From Camelus ferus (taxonomy: Eukaryota): a DNA stretch of 64,000 nucleotides. The DNA lies in the NCBI RefSeq assembly GCF_009834535.1, contig NC_045701.1, positions 60,016,001 through 60,080,000 of the forward strand, written 5' to 3'. Below the pieces are notes generated by a model, which worked only from the letters and a program-made list of their open reading frames with translations, was not told the DNA's origin and made no database searches. The position numbers and the translations under genes were made by a program. Below, piece by piece: positions 62,999 to 64,000 of the stretch (the stretch's first letter is position 1; each line of letters begins with the position of its first letter).

Positions 62999-64000
62999 TC
63001 TTGGAGTACTCTTTCCCAGCTGCTTGTGCTCTCAGCCCTCGTAAATAGTAGACATTGGGTAAATATTTGATGATGATGGCCAGTTACTAGGCATTCAAGT
63101 GATGAGGTCAGGAATATTAGGAATTTCTTGAACCTTGTATTCTCTCACTCTGGATGTTGGTACCTGCTGTTTCCTTTTCATGCAACATTTTCCCCCGTTG
63201 TTCCCGTTCCACCTCCTCTTCCCTTGTTCTGAAAGTCGTGGCATTGCTGTCCTTAAGAGAACCCACCTCTGGTTGTTCTGGGTAAGGCTCCTGCCCTCCC
63301 ACACTCCCATGGAAATGTATACTGTGCATGGCAATAGTCATTTACAGTCTGTCTCCAACGCTAGACTCAGATGTTGAAGGCATTACTGTACCTTGTTCAC
63401 TATCACACCCTTACTTCCCGTCACAGTACCCAGCACTTAATAAAGTCTCAAAATCTGTCGACTGAAGAAGCCTGTGATGGAGAGAGGGGGAAGAGGTTGT
63501 GTGTCCTTAGAGCCTATGAGGGGACCAAGGTCATAGCAAAAGATGACCTGCCCTTTAGTGTCCAAAATGGGGCAGAATACCTCTTTGCCCCCAGAGTGAT
63601 TTGTAACTTGAATGACAGTTTAGGGTTGAGAGGTCTGTTGCCCTTCATTTTCCAGTGGAATCCTAGCAGTTGGTTGAATTATGTATTTAGACTGTGTTTA
63701 CCAGATTATGATAAAGCTCTAAACTAAAACTAAGATGTCCAGGCTTTGGTTAATGTGATGTGATGTGATGAGCTGGTCCTAAATATTTTGGAAGACAAAG
63801 GCATTCATCAGCCTTATCAGCTATTTGATGTGTTCTTATATACATCTCTACTTTTTCTGGAAAGGCATGAACCCTTATTCAAGGATGTAGACTGCATTAT
63901 TTATGGTAAGAAAGATAGAACCCTTTAAATGGATTTTAAGGAAAGAGAATCCATTTGTCTTTGACTAGTGGAATGTTCTCTATCTGGTGGCCCAGGGATA

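Larger units (their letters stand above)
62290..63075 (+). mobile_element. L2 3' end, interrupted by a MER63-like element
   Basis: ccatcaaggcctacactaaatgccatctc...aatgtaagccc[insert]...gtagacattgggtaaatatttgatgatg. Confidence 0.65.
29542..64000 (+). other. PRKCH: PRKCH intron 2 (5' portion; exon 3 not reached)
   Basis: Starts GTAAGA. The exon-3 peptide (ATLQRDRIFKHF...HKFMATYLRQPTYCSHC) was not found in the window. Confidence 0.8.

Noticed and set aside
290-63727. The remaining ORF-track entries (60-184 aa)
   Set aside because: None resembles a protein I recognise. Many overlap L1, L2 or LTR remnants on either strand and lack splice support. Their number is as expected by chance in 64 kb.

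Overview
Mammalian genomic DNA, almost certainly camelid (alpaca/llama/camel), judged from a tRNA-Ala-derived SINE and young L1 3' ends that I recognise from memory as camelid-type. The window lies inside PRKCH (protein kinase C eta), transcribed on the + strand. It holds the 3' part of intron 1, the 64-bp coding exon 2 (29478-29541, VDLEPEGKVFVVITLTGSFSE) and the 5' part of intron 2. I found no other exon and no prokaryotic or CRISPR features. The rest is intronic and rich in repeats: L2, MIR, old and young L1, hAT/MER DNA elements, a Charlie1 remnant, an MLT1 LTR and two ERV1-class solo LTRs. Nearly all ORFs in the supplied track are spurious or are repeat fragments. The most informative structures are: (1) a TSD-bounded young L1 insertion at 20054-20608 combining a 3' transduction, a 5' inversion and a large internal deletion; (2) a MER41-like solo LTR at 56680-57244 with a tandem GAS/STAT site pair, one copy intact; (3) a candidate recursive splice site (CAG|GTATGT) at 8430-8438; (4) a second young L1 with a short orphan 3' extension. 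I see no convincing evidence of a wholly new biological system. Repeat family names and most repeat boundaries come from recalled consensus similarity and are approximate unless a TSD is quoted.
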